Shown: piece by piece, positions 1-8,922 of the stretch
Numbering within the stretch: position 1 is the stretch's first letter
Layout of the letters: every line of letters starts with the position of its first letter
Origin: an uncultured Gammaproteobacteria bacterium
GTDB taxonomy: Bacteria; Patescibacteriota; Microgenomatia; Levybacterales; GWA1-39-11
DNA length: 64,000 nucleotides
NCBI GenBank assembly: GCA_964485575.1
Contig: CAZAJO010000004.1
Location: forward strand, 25,307 to 89,306
Direction of reading: 5' to 3'
The notes under the pieces: model-generated
What the model was told of the DNA's origin: nothing
The model's input: only the letters and a program-made list of their open reading frames with translations
The model's database searches: none
Translations under genes and position numbers: made by a program

Positions 1-366
1 CTCTAAAATACTCTTTACTTTCTTGAGCAAATCTTCGTGTGATATCTGATACTTCAAAATATAATCAATTGCCCCTCTATTGAGTGCTTCTTTTACTAAT
101 TCGTCATGTGAAAAATTAGTAAGCATAGCAACTGGTATACCTTTTACAGCCTCGTCTTCCTTTAAAGCCCTTAGAACGTCATTACCACTCATATCAGGCA
201 TCATCTGGTCTAAAAGTATGAGATCAAATGGTTCAGTCTTGACTGATGCGAGTGCCCCTTGACCATTATTGGCTATAGTTACCTCATACCCTCCCTGCTT
301 CAGAACAGTCTCAAAAACTGTAGCAGTATCCAATTCATCATCCACGAGAAGTATTTTTAGAGACAT
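1..366 (-). CDS. Response-regulator receiver (CheY-like REC) domain protein; ATG at 366, C-terminus runs off the window edge
   Basis: Reverse-strand translation from 366 gives MSLKILLVDDELDTATVFETVLKQGGYEVTIANNGQGALASVKTEPFDLILLDQMMPDMSGNDVLRALKEDEAVKGIPVAMLTNFSHDELVKEALNRGAIDYILK. The DD...D...K receiver pattern is present. Absent from the ORF track because it reaches the window edge. Confidence 0.6.
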   Translation of the reverse strand, partial: MSLKILLVDDELDTATVFETVLKQGGYEVTIANNGQGALASVKTEPFDLILLDQMMPDMSGNDVLRALKEDEAVKGIPVAMLTNFSHDELVKEALNRGAIDYILKYQISHEDLLKKVKSILE

Positions 367-431
367 ATACCTAATTCCAGGCTATCAACTATCCGTGAAA
401 AATGCAAGGGGCGGTACAGGTCCACAATCAA

Positions 432-1946
432 TTAGGCAGCCTGGGAAAAACCAAGAAGCTCCAGTTCTCCATTGAGCGTTACCGGCTTATATGTACCATC
501 AGGCTGTTTTTCCATGATTTGTTTATCAGAAAGTACGGCTGGATCAAATCCTTTTGTGTTTATACTTTCTCTTTTTGCTTCAGCTTTATTCTGATCAATT
601 GCAGCGGGTACATCAATATAGTACTGCTCCACCATCGCATCAACCTTCTTCCAAAGCTCGTCACTACCTTTTTGAACACGTTGCTTCCATAAATCTGCTT
701 TTCTTTTAGACTCTGGCCCACCACCATTTGAAGTAGCAATTTTTTCATACGTCGCTGCAATAAGAGGCATATAATGAGTCGGTGGCATAAGGCTTCTGCA
801 TTGTGTTATGAATTTTTCAACTGCTTCAGGAGTTGCAGGTAGATAAAATATACCCTCTGAGAAATTTTTCTCATGGTCACTTTTTGCCATATTTGCATGT
901 ATTTTAATTATTTCAGAGAGGGATTTTGATGATACCGCTGAAAGACCAACTTCTTGGTGGGGAGAGACAAGATCCCGGCCAAAACAAACAACCTTCATTC
1001 GATCAATATCAGTCCTAACCTGCCCCGCCTCTTCTTTCATCTTCCCCGCTGCAAAGTCTTTGATGTCATCAGTTGTAATTCTTTCTAAAGATCCATCTTT
1101 TGTTTTAGTAGAAAATCCGGCTTCTTCTTGTAGCTCTTTTTCACCTTGGTTATAAATTGTTTGATTTCTAAAATTTTGAGGGTGACCAGGAACGGTCAGA
1201 CGTGAAAAAGTTGAATCCATTATACCTGCGCCTAAAGCCCCAGGCTGTCCTCCTGACTCTTTTGACGCACGGTATTGGTTGTTTTCTGCAAACCGTCTGC
1301 CTAAAACAAAATAATTGTGAGGACTTCCCTCAGACTCAGTCGTTTCCAATATATTACAAACTCCTGTCGGATACGCAAATTCAATAAGCCCACGAGTAAC
1401 GTCTTCTGGCTTTCTGATGTGTTTGTAAGCAATAAAGGGAACTTTATTAACATCGGCTAGAATTGTATTTCCATCTTTTGAAACGGTGATATTACTGAGC
1501 CGAAATTTATTGTTGTTCTCCATTTTCCGTGCAAATATTGCCCTGTCTCTTGCTGAAAGAAGATCATAATCTTGAGCCTTTTTCTGTGGAAGTGCTGATA
1601 CATATGCAGACTTTTGCTTATCTGTTATAGTAACCCCTAGCTCACGCCATAAAGCAATTTCAGCTTCAATTTCTGATATATTAGCCCCTTCTTTTATGGC
1701 GTCAGCTAAAGTAAATGGGACTTCTTTTTCTTTCAAGTCTTTCTTTATCGCATTTAAGATATTTGCACCATATTCGCCTTGAGCGAGCAATTTCTCCTTC
1801 ATGTGTGGTGGGCGTGGCAAAGTTTGGCCGGTTATAAATTCCAGTCCTTCTGGCCGCGTTGATAAGGCCAAAATTTCATATGCTCGCGTACTAAATAATG
1901 GTTGCGGCTCTTTATATTCGGCTGAACGAGGTTGAAGTTCTTGCAT
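432..1946 (-). CDS. Hypothetical protein, 504 aa, function not recognised
   Basis: Long uninterrupted ORF with native low-GC codon usage, packed tightly between neighbouring genes. No motif I can assign with confidence. Confidence 0.5.
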   Translation of the reverse strand: MQELQPRSAEYKEPQPLFSTRAYEILALSTRPEGLEFITGQTLPRPPHMKEKLLAQGEYGANILNAIKKDLKEKEVPFTLADAIKEGANISEIEAEIALWRELGVTITDKQKSAYVSALPQKKAQDYDLLSARDRAIFARKMENNNKFRLSNITVSKDGNTILADVNKVPFIAYKHIRKPEDVTRGLIEFAYPTGVCNILETTESEGSPHNYFVLGRRFAENNQYRASKESGGQPGALGAGIMDSTFSRLTVPGHPQNFRNQTIYNQGEKELQEEAGFSTKTKDGSLERITTDDIKDFAAGKMKEEAGQVRTDIDRMKVVCFGRDLVSPHQEVGLSAVSSKSLSEIIKIHANMAKSDHEKNFSEGIFYLPATPEAVEKFITQCRSLMPPTHYMPLIAATYEKIATSNGGGPESKRKADLWKQRVQKGSDELWKKVDAMVEQYYIDVPAAIDQNKAEAKRESINTKGFDPAVLSDKQIMEKQPDGTYKPVTLNGELELLGFSQAA

Positions 1947-1984
1947 TCCTCTATTTTATAGTATTTATTGCATCTTGGGCAACC

Positions 1985-2827
1985 TTAGTTCAATTTCCAT
2001 GATTCTCCATCTGAAGTGATTTCTATATCCCCCTTCAAAGTATCTTTATAGGCAATACTGTATTGCCTGAGAATATCTATCACTTGAGGTGAGGGGTGAT
2101 GATACCGGTTACGATATCCGTATGACAGAACAGCATATTTAGGCACGATATGTTGGAATGTGAACTCATCTATCCCTGTTTTTGAGCCGTGGTGGGGAGG
2201 CTTAAATACATTTATATAATCTAACTGAGGTATAATTGAATTGAGAAATGTTGATGGGATATCCCCAGTCAACAAAGATTGAAACTTCCCATACTTAACC
2301 ATCTGCACCAATGAATAGTCGTTTGTCTCCTCACTCTTAAGATCCAAAAAACCACTGGTAGGCCAGTATGTGGAAATGGCAACACCATCTTTTGTTTTTA
2401 ATCCATCTCCCAAAAGTATGGAGTGTTTTGTGATTTTTTTCTCATCTAAAAGACCCATCAGTTCTTTATAAACTTCCGTTCCTTTTGGCGCTTCTGGAGT
2501 TCCAAAATATCCCACATTATAGGACTTTACAACACCGATGAGTCCCGTCAGATGGTCAGCATCAGGATGAGTCAGATATATTACTTCTATTGCCCTGTCC
2601 CAGAAAGGCAAATGCCTTGAGAGACAATCTGTCATGGAATTTTCATGCGGTCCACCATCAATTATTATGTCTAGACCCCTTGGAGTTCGGATTAAAATTC
2701 CATCTCCCTGCCCTACGTTGCAAAAAATCAGATGAAATTTGTTGTCAGAGAACTGTGTTAAGTGATAGGCCACCAAAATGCATAGAAAAGACATTGATAA
2801 CAAGCCAAATAGCAAAATCCGCCTCAT
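1985..2827 (-). CDS. comEC: ComEC/Rec2 C-terminal metallo-beta-lactamase-fold domain; probably the 3' part of a comEC interrupted at an A7 tract
   Basis: CNVGQGDGILIRTP...IIIDGG...HPDADH is the ComEC lactamase-domain pattern. The start overlaps the upstream ORF's stop by 4 nt (ATGA) inside a homopolymer. Confidence 0.7.
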   Translation of the reverse strand: MRRILLFGLLSMSFLCILVAYHLTQFSDNKFHLIFCNVGQGDGILIRTPRGLDIIIDGGPHENSMTDCLSRHLPFWDRAIEVIYLTHPDADHLTGLIGVVKSYNVGYFGTPEAPKGTEVYKELMGLLDEKKITKHSILLGDGLKTKDGVAISTYWPTSGFLDLKSEETNDYSLVQMVKYGKFQSLLTGDIPSTFLNSIIPQLDYINVFKPPHHGSKTGIDEFTFQHIVPKYAVLSYGYRNRYHHPSPQVIDILRQYSIAYKDTLKGDIEITSDGESWKLN

Positions 2828-4041
2828 TTTTTTACAGTTTTCCTTTCTTTTAGTCTAATAACTACTACTAAAAGTATCAAATAGTACCCAAAAATGCATG
2901 CAATTGGTACTGTATCTATACTTATCTGTAAGTTTATTTTGGAGAATAACACTACTATAGTCGTAAAATAAGACAGAAATGGATAGCAAAGAAGTATCAA
3001 AGGTTTGGCTATAATTGGTAAAAACAAGGAAATCAAACCCGCTAGCCCTCCAAAAATCATTATGATGGGAATAGTCCAAAGAACTAATATATTTACTGGA
3101 AATGAGAGTAACGAGTAAGTTCCAAAGACTGTTATTATGAGTGGAAAGGTTGCGATTTGAGCTGAAAGGGTCGTAGTAATGTCATCTTTTATAAAACTCA
3201 GAAACTTAAAACGTAACATGGAATCAAGAATTGGTTTAACCGTCAATATTCCAAATGTCGATAAAAAAGACAATTGAAATGAAACGTCTATGATCTCCTC
3301 CGGCTGTACAAATAGCATCGCCCACCCAGTCAGAAAAAGTACATAAATGCTACCTATTTGTCTACCGCTAAATAGTGCAGTGTATGCCAAAATTGCCATA
3401 ATACTTGCCCTAACAATTGGTGGGTCAAATCCTGTCAGAACTGCGTAGACCAGCACACCAAGTGCCGTGAAAAGTAATGCAAGTCTTCTTTTCACGAAGG
3501 TGCTAAATATTACCAAAAGAAGCATTGCAGCTATGCTGACGTTCTGTCCTGAGGCTGCTATGACATGCAGAACTCCTGCATTTTTCAACTGTTGGTAATA
3601 CTCACTATCTATCTTGTCTCTGACTCCTAAAATTATGCCAAGCAGTAGCCCTCCTTCTCTAGATGGCAAAGTTGTCATGACAGCTTTCTCCACTTTTAGT
3701 CTTACTGATTTCGAAAAAGCCAACAGAAAGTTGTGACTTTTTATCTTTGTGATCTTTGGATTTTCGACAACCAACAATTGCCCTTTTTTAGAATCTTTCT
3801 TTATGATCTTTCCTTCGATCATTACATTGTCTCCATAATGGTAAGACGGATATAACGGTACAGTTATGAGAATCCCATCGGTAAAGAAGTATTGAGAAAG
3901 AGAATTTTTCTTTGGCTCATGAATAAAGCTATAGGATTTTTTGTATGTTTCGTTTTCTTGATAGATATGACGCTCTTCTATCCAAAAAAACTCTCGTGTT
4001 AGTAGCGCTAAAAGTAGTATGCCGATAAATAAGTGCTTCAT
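2824..4041 (-). CDS. comEC: ComEC/Rec2 membrane (competence channel) domain, N-terminal part
   Basis: Polytopic membrane protein with the competence-domain motif GVLHVIAASGQNVSIAA. Sits immediately upstream of the MBL-domain ORF. Confidence 0.7.
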   Translation of the reverse strand: MKHLFIGILLLALLTREFFWIEERHIYQENETYKKSYSFIHEPKKNSLSQYFFTDGILITVPLYPSYHYGDNVMIEGKIIKKDSKKGQLLVVENPKITKIKSHNFLLAFSKSVRLKVEKAVMTTLPSREGGLLLGIILGVRDKIDSEYYQQLKNAGVLHVIAASGQNVSIAAMLLLVIFSTFVKRRLALLFTALGVLVYAVLTGFDPPIVRASIMAILAYTALFSGRQIGSIYVLFLTGWAMLFVQPEEIIDVSFQLSFLSTFGILTVKPILDSMLRFKFLSFIKDDITTTLSAQIATFPLIITVFGTYSLLSFPVNILVLWTIPIIMIFGGLAGLISLFLPIIAKPLILLCYPFLSYFTTIVVLFSKINLQISIDTVPIACIFGYYLILLVVVIRLKERKTVKK

Positions 4042-4047
4042 TGATAC

Positions 4048-4710
4048 CTACTCTGCCACTATCTTATCCTTTATCCCTTCGAATGTTTTTTGACCTAAGA
4101 TTTTCTTACTTACTAACTCGTTTATATTTGAATATGGACGACCAGCGATTATTTTTCTTGCTGTCACCGGTCCAACTTTCTGAAGTGTGTCTAATTCTGA
4201 TTCACTCGCTGAATTTATATTGATCAGTCCACTACTTTCAACAGTTGAGGCTGAGGAATTATCTAAGGTAGCATCGTTTGTATCTACAGATATATTTATA
4301 GTCTTAACCTCACCTATTGCTGGAATATAGATTTTGCCCCCATCCACCACTTTTTGAGCTTGATTCAGATGCTTGCTAACAAATACTCTGTCAGCAGATG
4401 ATGACAAACCCCCGGCTGCTATAAGGGCATCTTGGATCCTGGATCCATCTGCAAGCACATATACACCAGGATGCAGCACTTTTCCTTCAACATCAACAGA
4501 AATCTTGTTGGTAGTAGATGCACCTTTTATATCAGTAGCTTTACTCTCACTTGAGGTGAATACGATATCTGAAGTGTCACTTTTTGAGGCTATGTATTGA
4601 AATACTCCTAGAATCATGAGTAAAACTCCAAGAGAAATAAGTCCTACGAAAAGGAGATTTTTCTTAATAAATTCTAAAATAAATTCTTGGCGGGATTGTG
4701 TTTCCTCCAC
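4048..4710 (-). CDS. comEA: ComEA-like DNA receptor (N-terminal TM, SLBB-like region, C-terminal helix-hairpin-helix)
   Basis: C-terminal ININSASESELDTLQKVGPVTARKIIAGRPY is an HhH motif. Position is directly upstream of comEC. Confidence 0.75.
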   Translation of the reverse strand: MEETQSRQEFILEFIKKNLLFVGLISLGVLLMILGVFQYIASKSDTSDIVFTSSESKATDIKGASTTNKISVDVEGKVLHPGVYVLADGSRIQDALIAAGGLSSSADRVFVSKHLNQAQKVVDGGKIYIPAIGEVKTINISVDTNDATLDNSSASTVESSGLININSASESELDTLQKVGPVTARKIIAGRPYSNINELVSKKILGQKTFEGIKDKIVAE

Positions 4711-4766
4711 TCCTTATCTTATGGCTGATTTAAGCAGTATTTCAAGTAGAAAAATGCGTAGCTCAA

Positions 4767-7760
4767 TTAAACAACGAAATTCACGATCTTACCTGATACA
4801 TAAATGACTTTCTTAATATCTTGACCCTCTAATTGTTTCAAAACCGCAACTTTAGCTTTATTTTCAATCAGATTTCTATCTTCAAGATCTTGGCTACTAA
4901 TTTCTATTTCTCCCCTTCTTTTTCCGTTGATTTGCACAGGAATTACTGTTGATGATGAAATAAGATGCTTTTGGTCAAATTCAGGCCAATTACTCAAATG
5001 TATTGATCCCTCCCCAATTCCACTCCAAATCTCCTCTGTCATATGGGGAGCAAAAGGAGCAAGAAGCCTGAGATAAACCCTAACTTCTTCCTTGCTTAAT
5101 TCTTGATTGTTAACTCTTACCTCCTGGTTGAGGTAGTTGTACCACTCCATGAGCTTTGCGATTGCAGTGTTGTAGCCAAATTCGGATATATCTTTAGTGA
5201 CCCCCTGGATGGTTTTATGCATCATCATCGTCCTTTCATTACTCAGTTGTACTTCATCCTTTGATGATTGGGAAAGAAGTTTCCAGACTTTTCGTAAAAA
5301 TCTGTTCATACCCTCTATCCCACTATCCCTAAAGTCTCCACCGTCAGAGTATGGGCCTATGAACATGAGGTAAGTACGAAGAGTATCAGCCCCATATTTA
5401 CCGATGTACTCGTCAGGTACAACGACATTTCCTTTGCTTTTACTCATCTTTGCTCCATCCTTTATGATGAGACCATGAGCAAAGAAAGTAGAAAATGGTT
5501 CCTCGAAGTTCAAATACCCCAAATCGGACAGCACCATCGTGACAAAACGTGAATATAAAAGGTGTAGCACACTATGTTCTGCTCCGCCAATGTACATGTT
5601 TACTGGTAGCCATTTTCTAGTTGTTTCTATATCAAAAGGTGCTGTAGATACATCAGTTGAGGGGTATCTGAGGAAATACCAGCTACTATCAAGGAAAGTA
5701 TCTGACACATCGGTCTCTCGAGTTGCATCTCCCCCGCAAGATGGACAGGTAGTCTTGTAAAATTCAGGATGATTGGCAAGTGGAGCTTTTCCTGTTCCCA
5801 TTGGTTTCCAATCGGAAACTGATGGTAAAAGTACAGGAAGTTCAGCTTCAGAAACCGTAAACCATCCTTCCATGCCTGTTACCTCAGCTTTACCATTTTT
5901 TTGACAAGTTGAACAGAAGATCATAGGTATTGGCGGCCCCCAATACCTTTGTCGGGAAATGAGCCAATCCCTGAGGTGGAAATTGGATTTTCTAACCCCA
6001 ATTTCTCTTTTTTCAAGGTTTGAAAGAACTTGATCCATTTGCTCTGGCATTACAAGATCATTCCAGGTATCAGAATTTGTTAAGATCCCTTTTCCCGTAT
6101 AAGGCTCAACTTTGAACTCATCAGAACTATTTGTTGTATCAAACCCAAGCTCAATTGCCCGAGCTACTCCATGCTTTAAAAATCTTTCCCAATGTCTTAT
6201 ACCCTCAAGATCCGGATACGACAGCCAATTTTCAAGAATCTCTTTTGGCGTTCTCCAAACAAGCTCAAAATTCTCGTGCTCTTCATGTTTTGTAGGTAAT
6301 AAATCGTTGTCTTCTAGAATTACAAGATATCCTGAAGCTTTCGCAACCCTATATGACTTTCGCCCTCCACTGAAGAAATGAGGGTAGGCATCTCCAATCT
6401 TTTCAACGTGTTTGAAATTATGAAGCCCACTTTCTTCTGTCACTTCCCGCATTACGCCTTTTTCCTCATCTTCTCCTTCTTCTGTTCCTCCGGCAAATAA
6501 TCCTAGGAAGTTATCCCGCTCCGGCCAGAGCGCGACTGCATATTTTTGAGTCCTTGGATCAAATATCACACCTGCTCCTCCATCGCGTCTTTCTTCACCA
6601 TCATGAGGATTTCCATTTTCAGGCATGATAACCTGTTTTACAGCTAGGTTATATTTCTTGGCAAATTCAAAATCACGGCTGTCATGAGCAGGAACTGCCA
6701 TGATTGCCCCAGTTCCATAGCCTGAAAGTACATAGTCAGCGATCCAAACAGGAATCTCCTCATTATTTACAGGATTTATCGCTGTAAGGCCTGAATCAAC
6801 TCCAGTTTTTTCTTTCCCCTCCCCAGTTCTCTCAATATCAGTCTTATCCTTAACTTTTTCTATGTATTGCCTTACCTCTTTACTATCTAAAGTTGAAACA
6901 AGGCTGTGTTCGGGCGCAATAACCATGAATGTTGCACCATACAACGTATCTGGCCGTGTTGTAAAAACCTTCAAACTTTCCTCTCGATCTTTGATTTTGA
7001 ATTCAACCTCCGCTCCTTCACTTTTACCTATCCAATTTGTTTGGGCAATTTTGACCTTGTTCGACCAATCAAGACCTTCAATATTTTTAAGTAGTCTGTC
7101 TGCATATTTAGTAATCCTAAAGAACCACTGTTCAAGATTTTTCTTCTCCACTTTTGTGCCGCAACGCTCACACGACCCATCTATAACTTGCTCATCAGAC
7201 AAAACCGTTAAGTCTTTTGGACACCAATTAACAAGAGCGGTATCACGATATGCAAGGCCAGCTTTAAAAAGTGTTACAAATAGCCACTGGGTCCATTTAT
7301 AGTAATTTGGATTATATGTTTCGACCGTACGTTGCCAATCAAACGAGTTTCCAATACTTCTCATTTGCCTATAAAAGTTCTTCTCAGCAATCTCTGCCTG
7401 TTCTTTAGGGTGTCTTCCTACTTTTAAGGCATAGTTTTCACTATGAATACCAAATCCGTCTAACCCGATAGGCTCAAGAACATCCTTCCCTTGCATGCGT
7501 TGAAATTTTGCGTATACATCGGCACCAGTAAATGCGTACATATTGCCTACATGAAGCCCCTCTGCTGAAGGGTATGGGAACATCATGAGGTTAAAATATG
7601 GGTTCTTTGCTGCTTTTATATCAGGGCTAAAAGTCCTGTCACTCTCCCATTTCTCTTGCCATTTAGCCTCAATATCTGCTGGTATATATTTATTTTCTGC
7701 TGACTTTTGCTGCTTCATATAGACATCCTCTATTCTATCAAATCCAAGTACAAACTTCAC
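4767..7760 (-). CDS. leuS: Leucyl-tRNA synthetase carrying an internal NUDIX-hydrolase-like insertion; the true start is more likely the Met at 7718
   Basis: Class I HVGN (HIGH) and KMSKS motifs, and the CP1 editing motifs TTRPDT and AVPAHDSRD. A perfect Nudix box GGTEEGEDEEKGVMREVTEESGL lies between the editing region and the RDW/RYWG segment. Confidence 0.93.
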   Translation of the reverse strand: MKFVLGFDRIEDVYMKQQKSAENKYIPADIEAKWQEKWESDRTFSPDIKAAKNPYFNLMMFPYPSAEGLHVGNMYAFTGADVYAKFQRMQGKDVLEPIGLDGFGIHSENYALKVGRHPKEQAEIAEKNFYRQMRSIGNSFDWQRTVETYNPNYYKWTQWLFVTLFKAGLAYRDTALVNWCPKDLTVLSDEQVIDGSCERCGTKVEKKNLEQWFFRITKYADRLLKNIEGLDWSNKVKIAQTNWIGKSEGAEVEFKIKDREESLKVFTTRPDTLYGATFMVIAPEHSLVSTLDSKEVRQYIEKVKDKTDIERTGEGKEKTGVDSGLTAINPVNNEEIPVWIADYVLSGYGTGAIMAVPAHDSRDFEFAKKYNLAVKQVIMPENGNPHDGEERRDGGAGVIFDPRTQKYAVALWPERDNFLGLFAGGTEEGEDEEKGVMREVTEESGLHNFKHVEKIGDAYPHFFSGGRKSYRVAKASGYLVILEDNDLLPTKHEEHENFELVWRTPKEILENWLSYPDLEGIRHWERFLKHGVARAIELGFDTTNSSDEFKVEPYTGKGILTNSDTWNDLVMPEQMDQVLSNLEKREIGVRKSNFHLRDWLISRQRYWGPPIPMIFCSTCQKNGKAEVTGMEGWFTVSEAELPVLLPSVSDWKPMGTGKAPLANHPEFYKTTCPSCGGDATRETDVSDTFLDSSWYFLRYPSTDVSTAPFDIETTRKWLPVNMYIGGAEHSVLHLLYSRFVTMVLSDLGYLNFEEPFSTFFAHGLIIKDGAKMSKSKGNVVVPDEYIGKYGADTLRTYLMFIGPYSDGGDFRDSGIEGMNRFLRKVWKLLSQSSKDEVQLSNERTMMMHKTIQGVTKDISEFGYNTAIAKLMEWYNYLNQEVRVNNQELSKEEVRVYLRLLAPFAPHMTEEIWSGIGEGSIHLSNWPEFDQKHLISSSTVIPVQINGKRRGEIEISSQDLEDRNLIENKAKVAVLKQLEGQDIKKVIYVSGKIVNFVV

Positions 7761-7784
7761 TACAACGAAGTAAGTGGATTAATC

Positions 7785-7878
7785 GCGGGTGGCTAGCGGG
7801 GGGAGACCCTCACTGAGCATCCGCAGTGAAGCAACGCGAAACGAGGATTGTCGAGTGAGGAGCGACGACAGAACCCGC
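7785..7878. ncRNA. GC-rich structured RNA-like repeat, family 1 copy A (orientation undetermined)
   Basis: About 95 nt, near-identical to 9623..9718. Closing stem GCGGGU/ACCCGC and internal stem CCUCACU/AGUGAGG. Both stems show compensatory substitutions in copy B. Confidence 0.4.
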
Positions 7879-7889
7879 ACTTCTTGGCA

Positions 7890-7920
7890 GGAACCCAAAA
7901 ATTCTGATTTGTGCTACAAT
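7890..7920 (+). promoter_or_regulatory. Putative extended -10 promoter (TGcTACAAT) ahead of the Clp_N gene
   Basis: tttgtgctacaat at 7908..7920; the -35 is weak. The Clp_N ATG at 8043 is preceded by an aggag RBS. Confidence 0.3.
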
Positions 7921-8042
7921 CCCCCTATCGCTTTGCGGTTAAATAACGCTCGGCCTTTTGGCCTTAGCTTGCGTTGTGTTGGCCGTGAGGCTCGCACATT
8001 AAAAACGCAGGAATTATTCGTAACTACAGCAGGAGTACGTCA

Positions 8043-8498
8043 ATGAATCTGGAAGAACTCTATTTATCCGACCCTCTCCGAAGGACACTCATCCTTGCAG
8101 GTGACGAGGCCAAACGCCTCCGTCGTAAGGAAGTGTCCACCCTAGACATTGTCGCAGGGATGCTCCTTGAAGGAGAAGGAACTGCGGCAGTAGCCCTAGC
8201 ACGATTCGATGTGGACATCCATGCATATCGCCGTGCAGTCGGCAGAATTTTTGGAGAAGGGAAATCACCTCCAAATCCACAGATTGTCTTTACGCACAAG
8301 GCAGAAAAAGCGCTGATCGCCGGACGGGAAGTTGCTGACTGCCTCAACCACGTGACCACCGGAACCGGTCATGTCTTAATCGCTGTCACACGCGACGTGA
8401 GATCTGATGCCGCCGGAGTTCTGCAATCACTCAGGGTGAACCTTGATAATCTGAGGGCAATAGTCCTCACGATCATCTACGATTACCCTGGTCGGTGA
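8043..8498 (+). CDS. Clp N-terminal domain (double Clp_N repeat) protein, GC-rich
   Basis: STLDIVAGMLLEGEGTAAVALARFDVD and a second repeat match the ClpA/ClpC N-domain pattern. Codon third positions are strongly G/C, unlike the flanking genes. Confidence 0.7.
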   Translation: MNLEELYLSDPLRRTLILAGDEAKRLRRKEVSTLDIVAGMLLEGEGTAAVALARFDVDIHAYRRAVGRIFGEGKSPPNPQIVFTHKAEKALIAGREVADCLNHVTTGTGHVLIAVTRDVRSDAAGVLQSLRVNLDNLRAIVLTIIYDYPGR

Positions 8499-8564
8499 TG
8501 GTGCAACACATCCTACGGTGAGCTACTCGCTCACCCCGAACCCCTAGTTTTTGGAGGTGCCCAC

Positions 8565-8897
8565 GTGGGCGAGCAACTATCGGAATCCAGCCAAGATCAA
8601 GAGGCTGGCGAAAAGCCAAGGGCAGGCAGGGCGTCAGACCCTAAGCCCAAGCACCCAGGCACAGTCCTTGAGCGGCTTACGGCCATCCTCGTCGAACAAC
8701 TCGGCGTTGAAGAGGAGGACGTTACCCTAAGTGCCAACTTCGTTGACGACCTCAACGCGGACTCCCTCGACCTCGTCGAGCTCATCATGTCCCTGGAGGA
8801 GGAGTTCGACTCCGAAATCCCTGACGAGGACGCGAAAGCCATCACGGACGTCCAGGCGGCACTGGACTACCTCCGCGACCACGGCGTCGTCGACTAA
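8565..8897 (+). CDS. acpP: Acyl carrier protein (AcpP-like) with about 30-aa N-terminal extension; GTG start with GGAGG RBS
   Basis: [58 protein letters not shown] is near-canonical AcpP, including the DSL phosphopantetheine attachment site. GC-rich codons. Confidence 0.75.
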   Translation: MGEQLSESSQDQEAGEKPRAGRASDPKPKHPGTVLERLTAILVEQLGVEEEDVTLSANFVDDLNADSLDLVELIMSLEEEFDSEIPDEDAKAITDVQAALDYLRDHGVVD

Positions 8898-8922
8898 CGC
8901 CCTACCTGCGTTTTCAACCAAG

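Noticed and set aside
7785-7878. Family-1 element contains ACGACAGAACCCG, reminiscent of the 3' strand of the P4 helix of bacterial RNase P RNA. Family 2 contains GAAGUCCGGGCU, reminiscent of the RNase P P4 5' strand GGAAAGUCCGGGCU.
   Set aside because: The two matches lie on different elements 28 kb apart. Each element is far too short to be an RNase P RNA. No other conserved RNase P regions (P10-12 GGUGAAA, GNRA loops in context) are present. Treated as coincidental or convergent, though an Infernal scan should confirm.
7785-7878. Possible T-box leader for leuS (GGGUGGCUAGCG resembles the T-box AGGGUGGNACCGCG) or a hammerhead core (GAAAC)
   Set aside because: The T-box-like bases are on the plus strand while leuS is on the minus strand. 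The second copy is not next to an aminoacyl-tRNA synthetase or amino-acid gene. The hammerhead CUGANGA box is absent.
7789-8046. 85-aa ORF overlapping family-1 copy A and the Clp_N promoter/UTR
   Set aside because: It overlaps a region with RNA-level covariation and promoter signals. The composition is Arg/Ser-rich GC-frame noise.
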